Positions 16,749 through 24,502 of a stretch of 35,138 nt of DNA are shown here, one piece after another. The translations under genes were made by a program, and so were the position numbers. This stretch comes from Zetaproteobacteria bacterium (lineage in GTDB: Bacteria > Pseudomonadota > Zetaproteobacteria > Mariprofundales > Mariprofundaceae), in contig JAJRVH010000222.1 in NCBI GenBank assembly GCA_021545625.1, positions 1 through 35,138 on the forward strand, written 5' to 3'. Under the pieces are notes generated by a model, which was not told the DNA's origin, ran no database searches, and was given only the letters and a program-made list of their open reading frames with translations. Position 1 is the stretch's first letter; each line of letters begins with the position of its first letter.

Positions 16749-17444
16749 TCAGTGCTTGACGTCCTTCCAGACTTCCTTCTTCAGCAGGTAGAGCACCAGC
16801 GTCAGCAGGATCAGGAAGATCACCACGTACTTGCCGATGGTACGGCGCTCGTTCTGGTGCGGATCACTGATGAAGGCCAGGAAGGCGGCCACATCCTGCG
16901 CCTGCTTCTCCAGTTCTTCGGTGTCGGCCGCGTCATGATCAAGCCATGCCAGCGGATCGGGCATCGCAATGCGGTTGCCGGGGAAATACTTGTTGTAGTT
17001 TCCGTCGGGAACCTTGCCGGCCGGATCATGCTCAAAGCCGGTCAGCAACGAGTACACATAATCCGCGCCACCGCGGCGGCCATTGACGATCAGCGACAGA
17101 TCGGGCGGCACCTTGCCGTAGGACACTTCGGCGTCCTCGGGGCTCAGGTCGGTGATCAGGCCACTGGTCAGCGGCTTGTCGCCGCGCAGTTCGTCCACCA
17201 GCTCGCGGCTGATGCCGATCTCGGGATAATCCATCAGCCCCTTGTAGGTGACATACTTGGCCGAATGACAGCCCATGCAGACATCGGTGAACACCGTCAG
17301 TCCGCGACGGATCTGCGCCTGATCGGTGACATCGATGTCGGCATGTTTCAGGGCTGCGCCATGACCTTCGGACGCCGAGGCGATGGAGGGCATGTTCAGA
17401 GCCAGCGCAGCGGCAGCTGCAATCCATAAATGCTTCAACGTCAT
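16749..17444 (-). CDS. petC: Cytochrome c1 of the bc1 complex
   Basis: 231 aa. Signal peptide, heme motif CMGCHS, and a C-terminal TM anchor (YVVIFLILLTLVLYLL). GGAGGAGA RBS. Confidence 0.9.
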   Translation of the reverse strand: MTLKHLWIAAAAALALNMPSIASASEGHGAALKHADIDVTDQAQIRRGLTVFTDVCMGCHSAKYVTYKGLMDYPEIGISRELVDELRGDKPLTSGLITDLSPEDAEVSYGKVPPDLSLIVNGRRGGADYVYSLLTGFEHDPAGKVPDGNYNKYFPGNRIAMPDPLAWLDHDAADTEELEKQAQDVAAFLAFISDPHQNERRTIGKYVVIFLILLTLVLYLLKKEVWKDVKH

Positions 17445-17445
17445 G

Positions 17446-17823
17446 TTAAATCTCCTCCGGCAATGGCTTGGTCTTCTCGAACTTGTTGACCAGCGGCAAC
17501 AAGAGGAAGAAAGCGAAGTAATAGGCTGTCGCCAGCTGACCGATCAGCTTCAGCGTCGGGGTCGGCGCGGAATGGCCGCAGTAACCCAGGATAATCACCG
17601 TCACGAAGAACAGGAACACCATCTGGCGATAGACCGGCCGGTAACGGGCCGAACGCACCCTGGAACGATCCAGGAACGGCAGCACGAACAGGATGGCCAG
17701 CGAGGCACCCATCATCAGCACGCCGAGCAGCTTGCTCTCGAACGAGCGCAGGATCGTGTACCACGGCGTCAGATACCATACCGGTGCAATATGGGCCGGT
17801 GTCTGCAGATTGTTCGCCGGCAC
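17446..17823 (-). CDS. petB: Cytochrome b, C-terminal segment (ef-loop PVWY motif plus helices F-H), separated from the N-terminal segment by an in-frame TAG
   Basis: (GTG)PANNLQTPAHIAPVWYLTPWYTILRSF... aligns with the ..PANPL.TP.HI.PEWYF.PFYAILR region of proteobacterial cytochrome b. GTG 17823-17821 is in the same frame as, and directly adjacent to, the TAG at 17826-17824. Confidence 0.8.
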   Translation of the reverse strand: MPANNLQTPAHIAPVWYLTPWYTILRSFESKLLGVLMMGASLAILFVLPFLDRSRVRSARYRPVYRQMVFLFFVTVIILGYCGHSAPTPTLKLIGQLATAYYFAFFLLLPLVNKFEKTKPLPEEI

Positions 17824-18663
17824 CTAGTTGTCCACCTCGATGAAGTAGCCGCCCATCTGCGGATTAAAGAACACGATATAGCAGTAGATCGTCAGGAACA
17901 CACCGACGCCGAACGCATCCTTGACCGTATAATACGGATGGAACGGAATCGTGCCCTTGCCCTCGTGCACGTCCAGTCCCGTCGGGTTGTTCGAGTGCAC
18001 GACATGCAGTGCATGCACATGGCCGCCGACGATGGCCGCCAGCAGCAGCGGGAACAGATAATGCAGCGAGAAGAAGCGGTTCAGCGTCGGGTCGCTGACA
18101 GCAAATCCGCCACGCAGCACCTGCTGGAGGAAATCGCCGATCACCGGCAATGCGCCAAACAGGTTCGTGATCACGGTCGCGCCCCAGAAGGACATCTGGC
18201 CCCAGGGCAGCAGATAGCCGAAGAAGGCCGCACCCTGCATGATCAGCAGGATGACCACGCCAATGATCCACAGCAACTCGCGCGGCCCCTTGAACGAGCC
18301 ATAGTACAGGCCGCGACCGACGTGCATATAAACGACAACGAAGAAGGCCGAAGCGCCGACCGCATGCATATAACGGATCAGCCAGCCGAAGTTCACGTCG
18401 CGCATGATGCGCTCCACCGAATCAAAGGCCACCGTGTAACCGCCGTAGGTCAGCGCCGCGCTCGGCTTGTAATACATGGCCAGGAAGATGCCGGTCAGGA
18501 TCTGCAACACCAGCACCAGCAGGGCCAGCGAACCGAAATTCCACATATAGTTCAGGTTCTTCGGCACCTGATACTCGGTCAGCTGCGACTTGATGATCGC
18601 CTCGGCACCGGTGCGCTCATCAATCCAGCCGAACAGTTTGGTTTTCATCATTTTCTCTAGCAC
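17824..18663 (-). CDS. petB: Cytochrome b, N-terminal segment (helices A-E with the heme-ligand histidines), ending at an in-frame TAG
   Basis: 279 aa. It has [15 protein letters not shown] and SLHYLFP...H motifs typical of cytochrome b. It ends ...[16 protein letters not shown]. Start is GTG 18663 (AAGGGG about 6 nt upstream) or ATG 18651. Confidence 0.85.
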   Translation of the reverse strand: MLEKMMKTKLFGWIDERTGAEAIIKSQLTEYQVPKNLNYMWNFGSLALLVLVLQILTGIFLAMYYKPSAALTYGGYTVAFDSVERIMRDVNFGWLIRYMHAVGASAFFVVVYMHVGRGLYYGSFKGPRELLWIIGVVILLIMQGAAFFGYLLPWGQMSFWGATVITNLFGALPVIGDFLQQVLRGGFAVSDPTLNRFFSLHYLFPLLLAAIVGGHVHALHVVHSNNPTGLDVHEGKGTIPFHPYYTVKDAFGVGVFLTIYCYIVFFNPQMGGYFIEVDN

Positions 18664-18673
18664 GTCCCCCCCC

Positions 18674-19273
18674 TTATCCGATCAACACTTTCGTGTCGGA
18701 AAGATACTTGTATGGCATCAGATGCAGGTTGTGCGGCGCCGGCGATCCATTGATCACGCGCGCGGAGATGTCATACAGGGAACCGTGGCACGGACAATGC
18801 CATCCTCCCGGCCAGTCCTCCGGCACCGAGTCACCCCAGTCCTTGCGACCCTTGGTCGGCTTGAACAACGGGATGCAGCCCAGATGCGTACAGCTGGCCA
18901 CAACAATCAGATATTCGGGCTTGATCGAACGATATTTGCGCTTCTCCGGCGTATCCATCCACTCGGCGGAAACCTCGTCGATCGCCTCCGAATTCGGATC
19001 CTTGAGCATGTCATCATGGCCATCCACCTGAGCCAGGAACTCGGGCGTACGATTCACGACAAATACCGGCTTGCCCTGCCACTGGATCACAACCAGCTGG
19101 CCGGGCTCCACCGTGGAAACATCAAATTCGGTTTTCGATGCGGCCAGTGTATCGGCCGCCGGCAGCATGCTGCCGATAAAGGGAACCACGGCCGCGCCGG
19201 CAGCCACCGCCCCCATGCCGCCTGCGGCAACGTACAGAAAGTTGCGCCGCGACTGATCTGCTTGATCTGTCAT
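18674..19273 (-). CDS. petA: Rieske iron-sulfur subunit of the bc1 complex
   Basis: Tat-type N-terminus [18 protein letters not shown]. Rieske boxes CTHLGC and CPCHGS. ATG 19273 is preceded by GGAGGAGG. The track ORF extends to 19354. Confidence 0.92.
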   Translation of the reverse strand: MTDQADQSRRNFLYVAAGGMGAVAAGAAVVPFIGSMLPAADTLAASKTEFDVSTVEPGQLVVIQWQGKPVFVVNRTPEFLAQVDGHDDMLKDPNSEAIDEVSAEWMDTPEKRKYRSIKPEYLIVVASCTHLGCIPLFKPTKGRKDWGDSVPEDWPGGWHCPCHGSLYDISARVINGSPAPHNLHLMPYKYLSDTKVLIG

Positions 19274-19349
19274 ATTTCCTCCTCCCACATGAAAAAACTT
19301 CACTGAAATTTCACAGACCGCATGGCTAGCAGCCCGTTTATCAGGCGTC

Positions 19350-19372
19350 AACACACATAAATATTGTGTGTT
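19350..19372. repeat. Perfect 8-bp inverted repeat with an AT-rich 7-nt centre (aacacaca-taaatat-tgtgtgtt)
   Basis: Read directly. It abuts the rpe stop codon (19373-19375). On the minus strand it runs into a TTGACG hexamer, about 75-100 nt upstream of petA. Confidence 0.8.
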
Positions 19373-20044
19373 TTATCGGTTGCCAACAGCCAGTTCGCGC
19401 AGTTCGGCAATGGCCGCCGCATAATCCGGCTTGTTGTAAACGGCCGACCCCGCCACCACGGCATCGGCGCCGGCGCCGGTCACTTCGGCGATCGTGTCGG
19501 CATTCACGCCGCCATCCACTTCCAGCCATGCATCGCAGCCGGCCTCGTCAAGCATCTTCCGCGCCTCGCGAATCTTGTCGGTCACGGCATGGATATAGGA
19601 CTGACCGCCATAGCCGGGATTCACGCTCATCAGCAGCACCAGATCCGTGCAATGCAGCACATGCCTGATCGTCGAAACGGGCGTGGCCGGATTCAGGCTG
19701 ACGCCGGCCTTTTTACCCAGCGAGCGAATCAGCTGCAGCGTGCGTTCCAGATGCGTACAGGCCTCCTGATGCACGGTGATGATATCGGCACCGGCCTTGG
19801 CGAATGCCTCGACCTGCGTATCCGGATGCTCGACCATCAAATGTACATCGATCGGCTTCTTGGTATGCGGACGAATGGCCTTGCAGACATTATCGCCGAT
19901 CGTGATCGGCGGCACGAACGTTCCATCCATCACATCGAAATGCACCCAGTCGCAGCCACCCTCGTCAATGGCGCGCACTTCGGCGCCCAGATCGGCAAAA
20001 TCAGCCGACAGAATGGATGGTGCGATGACAAGATCTTTTTTCAT
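19373..20044 (-). CDS. rpe: Ribulose-phosphate 3-epimerase
   Basis: MKKDLVIAPSILSADFADLG...HFDVMDGTFVP...H.M...VDGG pattern. ATG 20044 is preceded by AAGGGGA. The track ORF is over-extended to 20152. Confidence 0.93.
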   Translation of the reverse strand: MKKDLVIAPSILSADFADLGAEVRAIDEGGCDWVHFDVMDGTFVPPITIGDNVCKAIRPHTKKPIDVHLMVEHPDTQVEAFAKAGADIITVHQEACTHLERTLQLIRSLGKKAGVSLNPATPVSTIRHVLHCTDLVLLMSVNPGYGGQSYIHAVTDKIREARKMLDEAGCDAWLEVDGGVNADTIAEVTGAGADAVVAGSAVYNKPDYAAAIAELRELAVGNR

Positions 20045-20191
20045 GGTGTTATCCCCTTCTTGATTGAGAGAAGCCGCGAGGCTTCCGTGCGGGTCCCGCG
20101 ACCCGGCATCATCTGTTGAAAATCTGCGGAGGCGCTGCCGATATGCAGCCATACGCTCTGGCGATGTTCCGAACAGCCCGAATGTATACCC

Positions 20192-20908
20192 TCAGCGCGG
20201 CTGGTCGTCCAGCCCGGCAAGCCAGTCCGCCAGCGCCCTGATCTGGGCCGGTTCAAGCGGTCCGCCTTCAGAACGAGCAAAACCGGGCATGTGCCGGCTG
20301 CCCGTGCCATGCGCAATCAGCGCCCCGAGCGTATCCTTATCCCGATGCCCGCGCAGGGCCGGTGCGTAGGCACCCCCGGCGTTTTCGCCATGACACATCG
20401 AGCATACGGCCCGATAAATCGCCGCCCCCTGCCGCTTGCCGCTTGCCGGATCAAAATGACAGGCGGCGCATTGACCGTCGAAAATGCTGCGCGCCGAGGC
20501 ATCCAGATGCGGATTCGGCAACACCTTCAGATACAGAATCGCCCTGCTCCGGCGTCCCTTGCCGTCCACCAGTTCCACCCACTTCCTGACCCTGTCCTGC
20601 TTGGCGAAGGTATCGATGGTAATCCTCACGCGCGTAAACCCGCCGGGCATCAGCACCCTGTCTTCGGGCTCGGCCACCGAGCAGCCGCAGGATGTCCGCA
20701 TCTCGGTGATCTGTTCCATGCTGTGGCCGGCATTGCGAATGCGGAGATAGCCGATCGCCTTTTCCCCCTCCCGGACGCTTCCCATATCAAGCTCGGCGGG
20801 TTCAAAGACAAGATCGGAGACAAACAGCTGCGAATCCGCCGTCACGGCGGACTGCGGCGCGCAAGAGGCAATGAACAGCAGCAACACCGAAAATGCGATC
20901 ATGCGCAT
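20192..20908 (-). CDS. Lipoprotein fusing an N-terminal DUF1573 beta-sandwich domain to a C-terminal c-type cytochrome domain
   Basis: Start is MRMIAF (ATG 20908; alternative ATG 20902), with lipobox FIASC. The DUF1573-like block is LDMGSVREGE...LRIRNAGHS...TSCGCSV...PGG. There are two CxxCH motifs (CAACH, CSMCH) and a downstream MPGF Met-ligand context. The track ORF is over-extended to 21064. Confidence 0.75.
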   Translation of the reverse strand: MRMIAFSVLLLFIASCAPQSAVTADSQLFVSDLVFEPAELDMGSVREGEKAIGYLRIRNAGHSMEQITEMRTSCGCSVAEPEDRVLMPGGFTRVRITIDTFAKQDRVRKWVELVDGKGRRSRAILYLKVLPNPHLDASARSIFDGQCAACHFDPASGKRQGAAIYRAVCSMCHGENAGGAYAPALRGHRDKDTLGALIAHGTGSRHMPGFARSEGGPLEPAQIRALADWLAGLDDQPR

Positions 20909-21138
20909 CACGGGCGCGCCAGCCACCGCTTGAGAATATCGGGAACCGGCCGTTCGCCCTGCATCATGCGCTGCAGATCGGGCGGCTCGTGTTCCAGCAT
21001 ACTGCCGACGGCGCCGGCAACATCCGGGTCGGTCAGGTCGGCCTGCAACAATGCGGCCAGCCACGCATCCAGCTCCAGCATGCCCTGCCGGCTCAGCCGA
21101 TAACGAGCACGCCGCACCCGCACCTCAAGATCGTCCAT
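20908..21138 (-). CDS. sdhE: Succinate dehydrogenase flavinylation factor SdhE (DUF339)
   Basis: 76 aa. RQGMLELD matches the RGxxE(L)D signature, and EPPDL..MM.G..P parallels E. coli SdhE DDPDLFNWLMNHGKP. Confidence 0.8.
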   Translation of the reverse strand: MDDLEVRVRRARYRLSRQGMLELDAWLAALLQADLTDPDVAGAVGSMLEHEPPDLQRMMQGERPVPDILKRWLARP

Positions 21139-21142
21139 GTGA

Positions 21143-21853
21143 CTAGGACTTTCGGGCCAGAAGCTTGCGCTTGATACTGTCGATGGCCGCCGTCGGATTA
21201 AGCTCCTTCGGACAGGCTTCCATGCAGTTCATGATCTGATGGCAACGATACAGGCGGAATGCATCCTCGAGCTGATCCAGCCGCCTGCCGGTCGCCTCGT
21301 CGCGGGAATCAACGATCCAGCGATTGGCCTGCAACAGCACGGCCGGCCCCAGAAACCGATCGCCGTTCCACCACCACGACGGACAGGAGGTCGTGCAACA
21401 GGCGCACAGGATACATTCGTACTGACCATCCAGCAGGGCCCGCTCTTCGGGCGACTGCAGACGCTCATGTTCCGGCGTCGGCGTATCGGTCTGCATCCAC
21501 GGCTGAATCTGTCGGTACTGATCGAAGAAATGATCCATGTCGACAACCAGATCCCGGATCACGTGCATGCCCGGCAGCGGCCGCACGTGGACCGGCTGCT
21601 TCAGGCCGGTCACCGGCGTGATACAGGCCAGACCATTCACGCCGTTGATATTCAGACCGTCGGAACCGCACACGCCCTCGCCGCAGGAACGACGATAGGT
21701 CAGCGTGCCGTCAAGCTCCCATTTGATGTAATTCAGGGCATCCAGCAGTTTCATGCCCCGCTTCGTCACCGGCACCTCGTAGCTCTGCATGAACGGCTTG
21801 TCATCCCGCTCGGGATCGAAGCGGAATATCGAAAGGCGGATCATCTCGCTCAT
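21143..21853 (-). CDS. sdhB: Succinate dehydrogenase iron-sulfur subunit
   Basis: 236 aa. The 2Fe-2S ligands are in RRSCGEGVCGSDG...C. The 4Fe-4S/3Fe-4S boxes are CILCACCTTSCP and CHQIMNCMEACP. ATGA overlap with the sdhA stop. Confidence 0.95.
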   Translation of the reverse strand: MSEMIRLSIFRFDPERDDKPFMQSYEVPVTKRGMKLLDALNYIKWELDGTLTYRRSCGEGVCGSDGLNINGVNGLACITPVTGLKQPVHVRPLPGMHVIRDLVVDMDHFFDQYRQIQPWMQTDTPTPEHERLQSPEERALLDGQYECILCACCTTSCPSWWWNGDRFLGPAVLLQANRWIVDSRDEATGRRLDQLEDAFRLYRCHQIMNCMEACPKELNPTAAIDSIKRKLLARKS

Positions 21854-23652
21854 CAGTAGACCCTCTTCTTCGGCGGAAACGATTCGACCGTCATCGGACT
21901 GGTGCGCACCGGCTTGTAACCGAGTTTCACGCCTTCGCTGTCGAGCGTGGCCAGCGTATGGCGCATCCAGCGTTCATCATCGCGCTCCGGATAATCATCG
22001 CGCGCATGCGCGCCCCGCGACTCCCTGCGGGCCAGCGCGCCTGCCGCCGTCACGCGCGCCAGCGCCATCAGGTTTTCCAGCTCCAGCGCCTCGACCAGTT
22101 CGGTATTGAACAGGCCGCAGCCATCGCTGATCACGGCCCGGTCCATCTCCCCGGCCAGCGACTCCAGCCGTGCCACGCCCTCGGCCATCAGTTCCTCGGT
22201 CCGATACACGCCGAAATGTTCCTGCATGATCGTCTGCATGCGCAGGCGCACATCGGCAATGGACGGTCCCTCGCGCCTGTCGCGCGCCGATGACAGCCAG
22301 CGCTCGACCCGCTCTGCGCCACGCTGCCAGCAGTCGACATCCAGCTGCGCATGGTAACGATGTTCCCGCAAATGCTTCATCACCTGATTGCCGCAGGCCC
22401 GGCCGAACACGACAATCTCCAGCAGCGAATTGCCGCCCAGCCGGTTGGCGCCGTGTACCGAAACGCAGGCCGCCTCGCCGATCGCGTACAGGCCCGGGAA
22501 CACGACCTCCTTGTTCCGCCCCTTGCTGTATACCACCTCGCCGAAGCGGTTCGTCGGAATGCCGCCCATCGTGTAATGCACGGTAGGCTGAACCGGGACC
22601 GGATCCTTCGTACAATCCACGTCGGCAAAGCGCAGGGCCAGTTCATGGATATTCGGCAGCTTGGACATGATCAGCTCTTCGCCCAGATGATCGAGCTTGA
22701 GCAGCACATGATCTTTCTTCGGCCCGCAACCACGCCCCTCGCGAATCTCCTGCGCAATGGCGCGCGATACCACGTCGCGACTGGCCAGATCCTTCGCCGT
22801 CGGCGCATAGCGTTCCATAAAACGCTCGCCGTTGGCATTGATCAGATAGCCGCCCTCACCCCGCACACCTTCGGTGATCAGCGGCCCGACATCGGCAATG
22901 CCGGTCGGATGAAACTGGAAGAATTCCATATCCTCCATCGGCAGCCCTGCTGCCAGCGTCAGCGCGCCACCATCGCCGGTACAGATATGGGCATTGGTCG
23001 TCACCCGAAAGACACGTCCCGCGCCGCCGGTGGCCAGAATCACCGCCTTGGCCTGAAACAGATGATATTCGCCGCGCGCGATATCCCAGGCCATCAGCCC
23101 CTGGCAGCCATCATCGCCGGTGATCAGGTCGAGTGCGAAAAACTCCTGATAGAAGTGCGTACCGGCACGCAGATTCTGCTGATACAGCGAATGCAGAATC
23201 GCATGACCGGTGCGATCCGCCGCCGCACAGGTGCGTGACGCCTGCCCGCCCTCGCCGAACTCGCGCGACTGGCCGCCGAACGGCCGCTGGTAGATCCGGC
23301 CATCGTCCAGACGGGAAAAGGGCACCCCCTGGTGCTCAAGCTCGCGCACCAGCAGGGGAGCTGCCCGACACATATATTCGATCGCGTCCTGATCTCCCAG
23401 ATAGTCCGATCCCTTGACCGTATCGTACATGTGCCAGTGCCAGTGATCGGACGCGACATTGCCGAGCGAAGCGTTGATACCGCCCTGGGCGGCCACGGTA
23501 TGCGAACGGGTCGGCAGCACCTTGGTCACGACCGCGACGCGATGCCCGGCATCGGCCAGCTGCAGCGCGCAACGCATGCCGGCGCCGCCGGAGCCGACGA
23601 TCACCACGTCGTGGAAATGATGCTCGACCTTGTCCGTGGACAGATACGCCAT
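21853..23652 (-). CDS. sdhA: Succinate dehydrogenase flavoprotein subunit
   Basis: FAD motif [12 protein letters not shown], flavinylation-site context SHTVAAQGG, and the HPTG and RLGGNSL motifs. I prefer ATG 23652 (AAGGGAG about 8 nt upstream). The track ORF starts at GTG 23694, overlapping sdhD by 8 nt. Confidence 0.95.
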   Translation of the reverse strand: MAYLSTDKVEHHFHDVVIVGSGGAGMRCALQLADAGHRVAVVTKVLPTRSHTVAAQGGINASLGNVASDHWHWHMYDTVKGSDYLGDQDAIEYMCRAAPLLVRELEHQGVPFSRLDDGRIYQRPFGGQSREFGEGGQASRTCAAADRTGHAILHSLYQQNLRAGTHFYQEFFALDLITGDDGCQGLMAWDIARGEYHLFQAKAVILATGGAGRVFRVTTNAHICTGDGGALTLAAGLPMEDMEFFQFHPTGIADVGPLITEGVRGEGGYLINANGERFMERYAPTAKDLASRDVVSRAIAQEIREGRGCGPKKDHVLLKLDHLGEELIMSKLPNIHELALRFADVDCTKDPVPVQPTVHYTMGGIPTNRFGEVVYSKGRNKEVVFPGLYAIGEAACVSVHGANRLGGNSLLEIVVFGRACGNQVMKHLREHRYHAQLDVDCWQRGAERVERWLSSARDRREGPSIADVRLRMQTIMQEHFGVYRTEELMAEGVARLESLAGEMDRAVISDGCGLFNTELVEALELENLMALARVTAAGALARRESRGAHARDDYPERDDERWMRHTLATLDSEGVKLGYKPVRTSPMTVESFPPKKRVY

Positions 23653-23686
23653 CAGCCCGCTCCCTTCATTCGATTGATCGTCCGCA

Positions 23687-24049
23687 TCAGCCACCCCAGG
23701 CCCAGATAATGGCCAGCCACCAGATACCGAAACCGGACATCACCACCAACATGCCACCGATCAGCGTCACCCGCCAGCCGATCACGGGCACGTAATCCTC
23801 GAAAATCACCTTCAGTCCCATATAGGCATGCACGATCAGCGCCAGGATCAGCAGGGTGTGCAGCAGGCGCGAAAAGAAATGGTCGAGCAGATCCAGCAGC
23901 CCCAGCTGGTCGACACTGCCGCTGTAAACCGCCACAATCAGCAGGAAAGGCAGCGGCAACAGCACGGCCAGTACGACGGCTGACAGACGCTGCCAGTACC
24001 AGTCACCGATACCGCTGCGGGCCGAGCCGGGTTCCTTGGTCAGTTTCAC
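23687..24049 (-). CDS. sdhD: Succinate dehydrogenase membrane anchor subunit
   Basis: 120 aa with three TM helices, positioned between sdhC and sdhA. 4-nt overlap with sdhC. Confidence 0.8.
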   Translation of the reverse strand: MKLTKEPGSARSGIGDWYWQRLSAVVLAVLLPLPFLLIVAVYSGSVDQLGLLDLLDHFFSRLLHTLLILALIVHAYMGLKVIFEDYVPVIGWRVTLIGGMLVVMSGFGIWWLAIIWAWGG

Positions 24050-24429
24050 AACAATATCACCAGCAACACCGCCGCCAGCAAGGCGATCCCCAGGGCGATT
24101 CTGGCCGAAAGGCGCATCATCGCCCGGCTTTCACACCAGCCTGCATCAAGACTGAGAAAGCGCAGACCATTGGCAAAATGGTATATCAGCGCCACGCCAA
24201 CCAGCCACAGCGACAGCTTGCCAAGCGGCGCATGCATCCAGGCCTGCACGCGATCGAAATCCTCGGGACTACCAGTCATACCATGCAGGAGCCAGAGATA
24301 AAGCGGAACGAACAGCACCAGCACCAGCCCGCTGACGCGATGCGCCAGGCTGGCAATCATCGCCGGTTGCCAGCGATAGATGGAAACCCTTGGCGACAAT
24401 GGCCGCCGGGACGTCGGAGAACGGCTCAT
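24046..24429 (-). CDS. sdhC: Succinate dehydrogenase cytochrome b556 subunit
   Basis: 127 aa. N-terminal RPLSPRVSIYRWQ...SLAHRVSG matches the RPLSPHL.IY....SI.HR.TG signature. Three TM helices. Confidence 0.85.
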   Translation of the reverse strand: MSRSPTSRRPLSPRVSIYRWQPAMIASLAHRVSGLVLVLFVPLYLWLLHGMTGSPEDFDRVQAWMHAPLGKLSLWLVGVALIYHFANGLRFLSLDAGWCESRAMMRLSARIALGIALLAAVLLVILL

Positions 24430-24464
24430 ATCTGGATCATTCCTCTCCCTGGCGCATGGTCTGG

Positions 24465-24493
24465 TTTATAGCACCGGCGGCCCATGATGTCCA
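24465..24493 (-). promoter_or_regulatory. Candidate sigma70 promoter of sdhCDAB
   Basis: Minus strand reads TGGACA (24493-24488), a 17-nt spacer, then TATAAA (24470-24465), about 35 nt upstream of the sdhC ATG. Confidence 0.5.
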
Positions 24494-24502
24494 CCGCTCC
24501 CG

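Noticed and set aside
17824-17826. Recoding of the petB in-frame TAG as pyrrolysine or by programmed read-through
   Set aside because: There are no pyl genes or recoding signals visible in the window, and pyrrolysine use is not expected in an aerobic-type beta/gamma-proteobacterium. A nonsense mutation, a split gene or a sequencing error are simpler explanations. This cannot be fully excluded without the rest of the genome.
14053-18660. Plus-strand ORFs 14053..15438 (461 aa), 15326..16759 (477 aa) and 17383..18660 (425 aa)
   Set aside because: They are shadow ORFs opposite hom, alaC and petB/petC. They have no RBS or motifs, and their composition is dominated by Arg, His, Gln and Asp in repetitive patterns.
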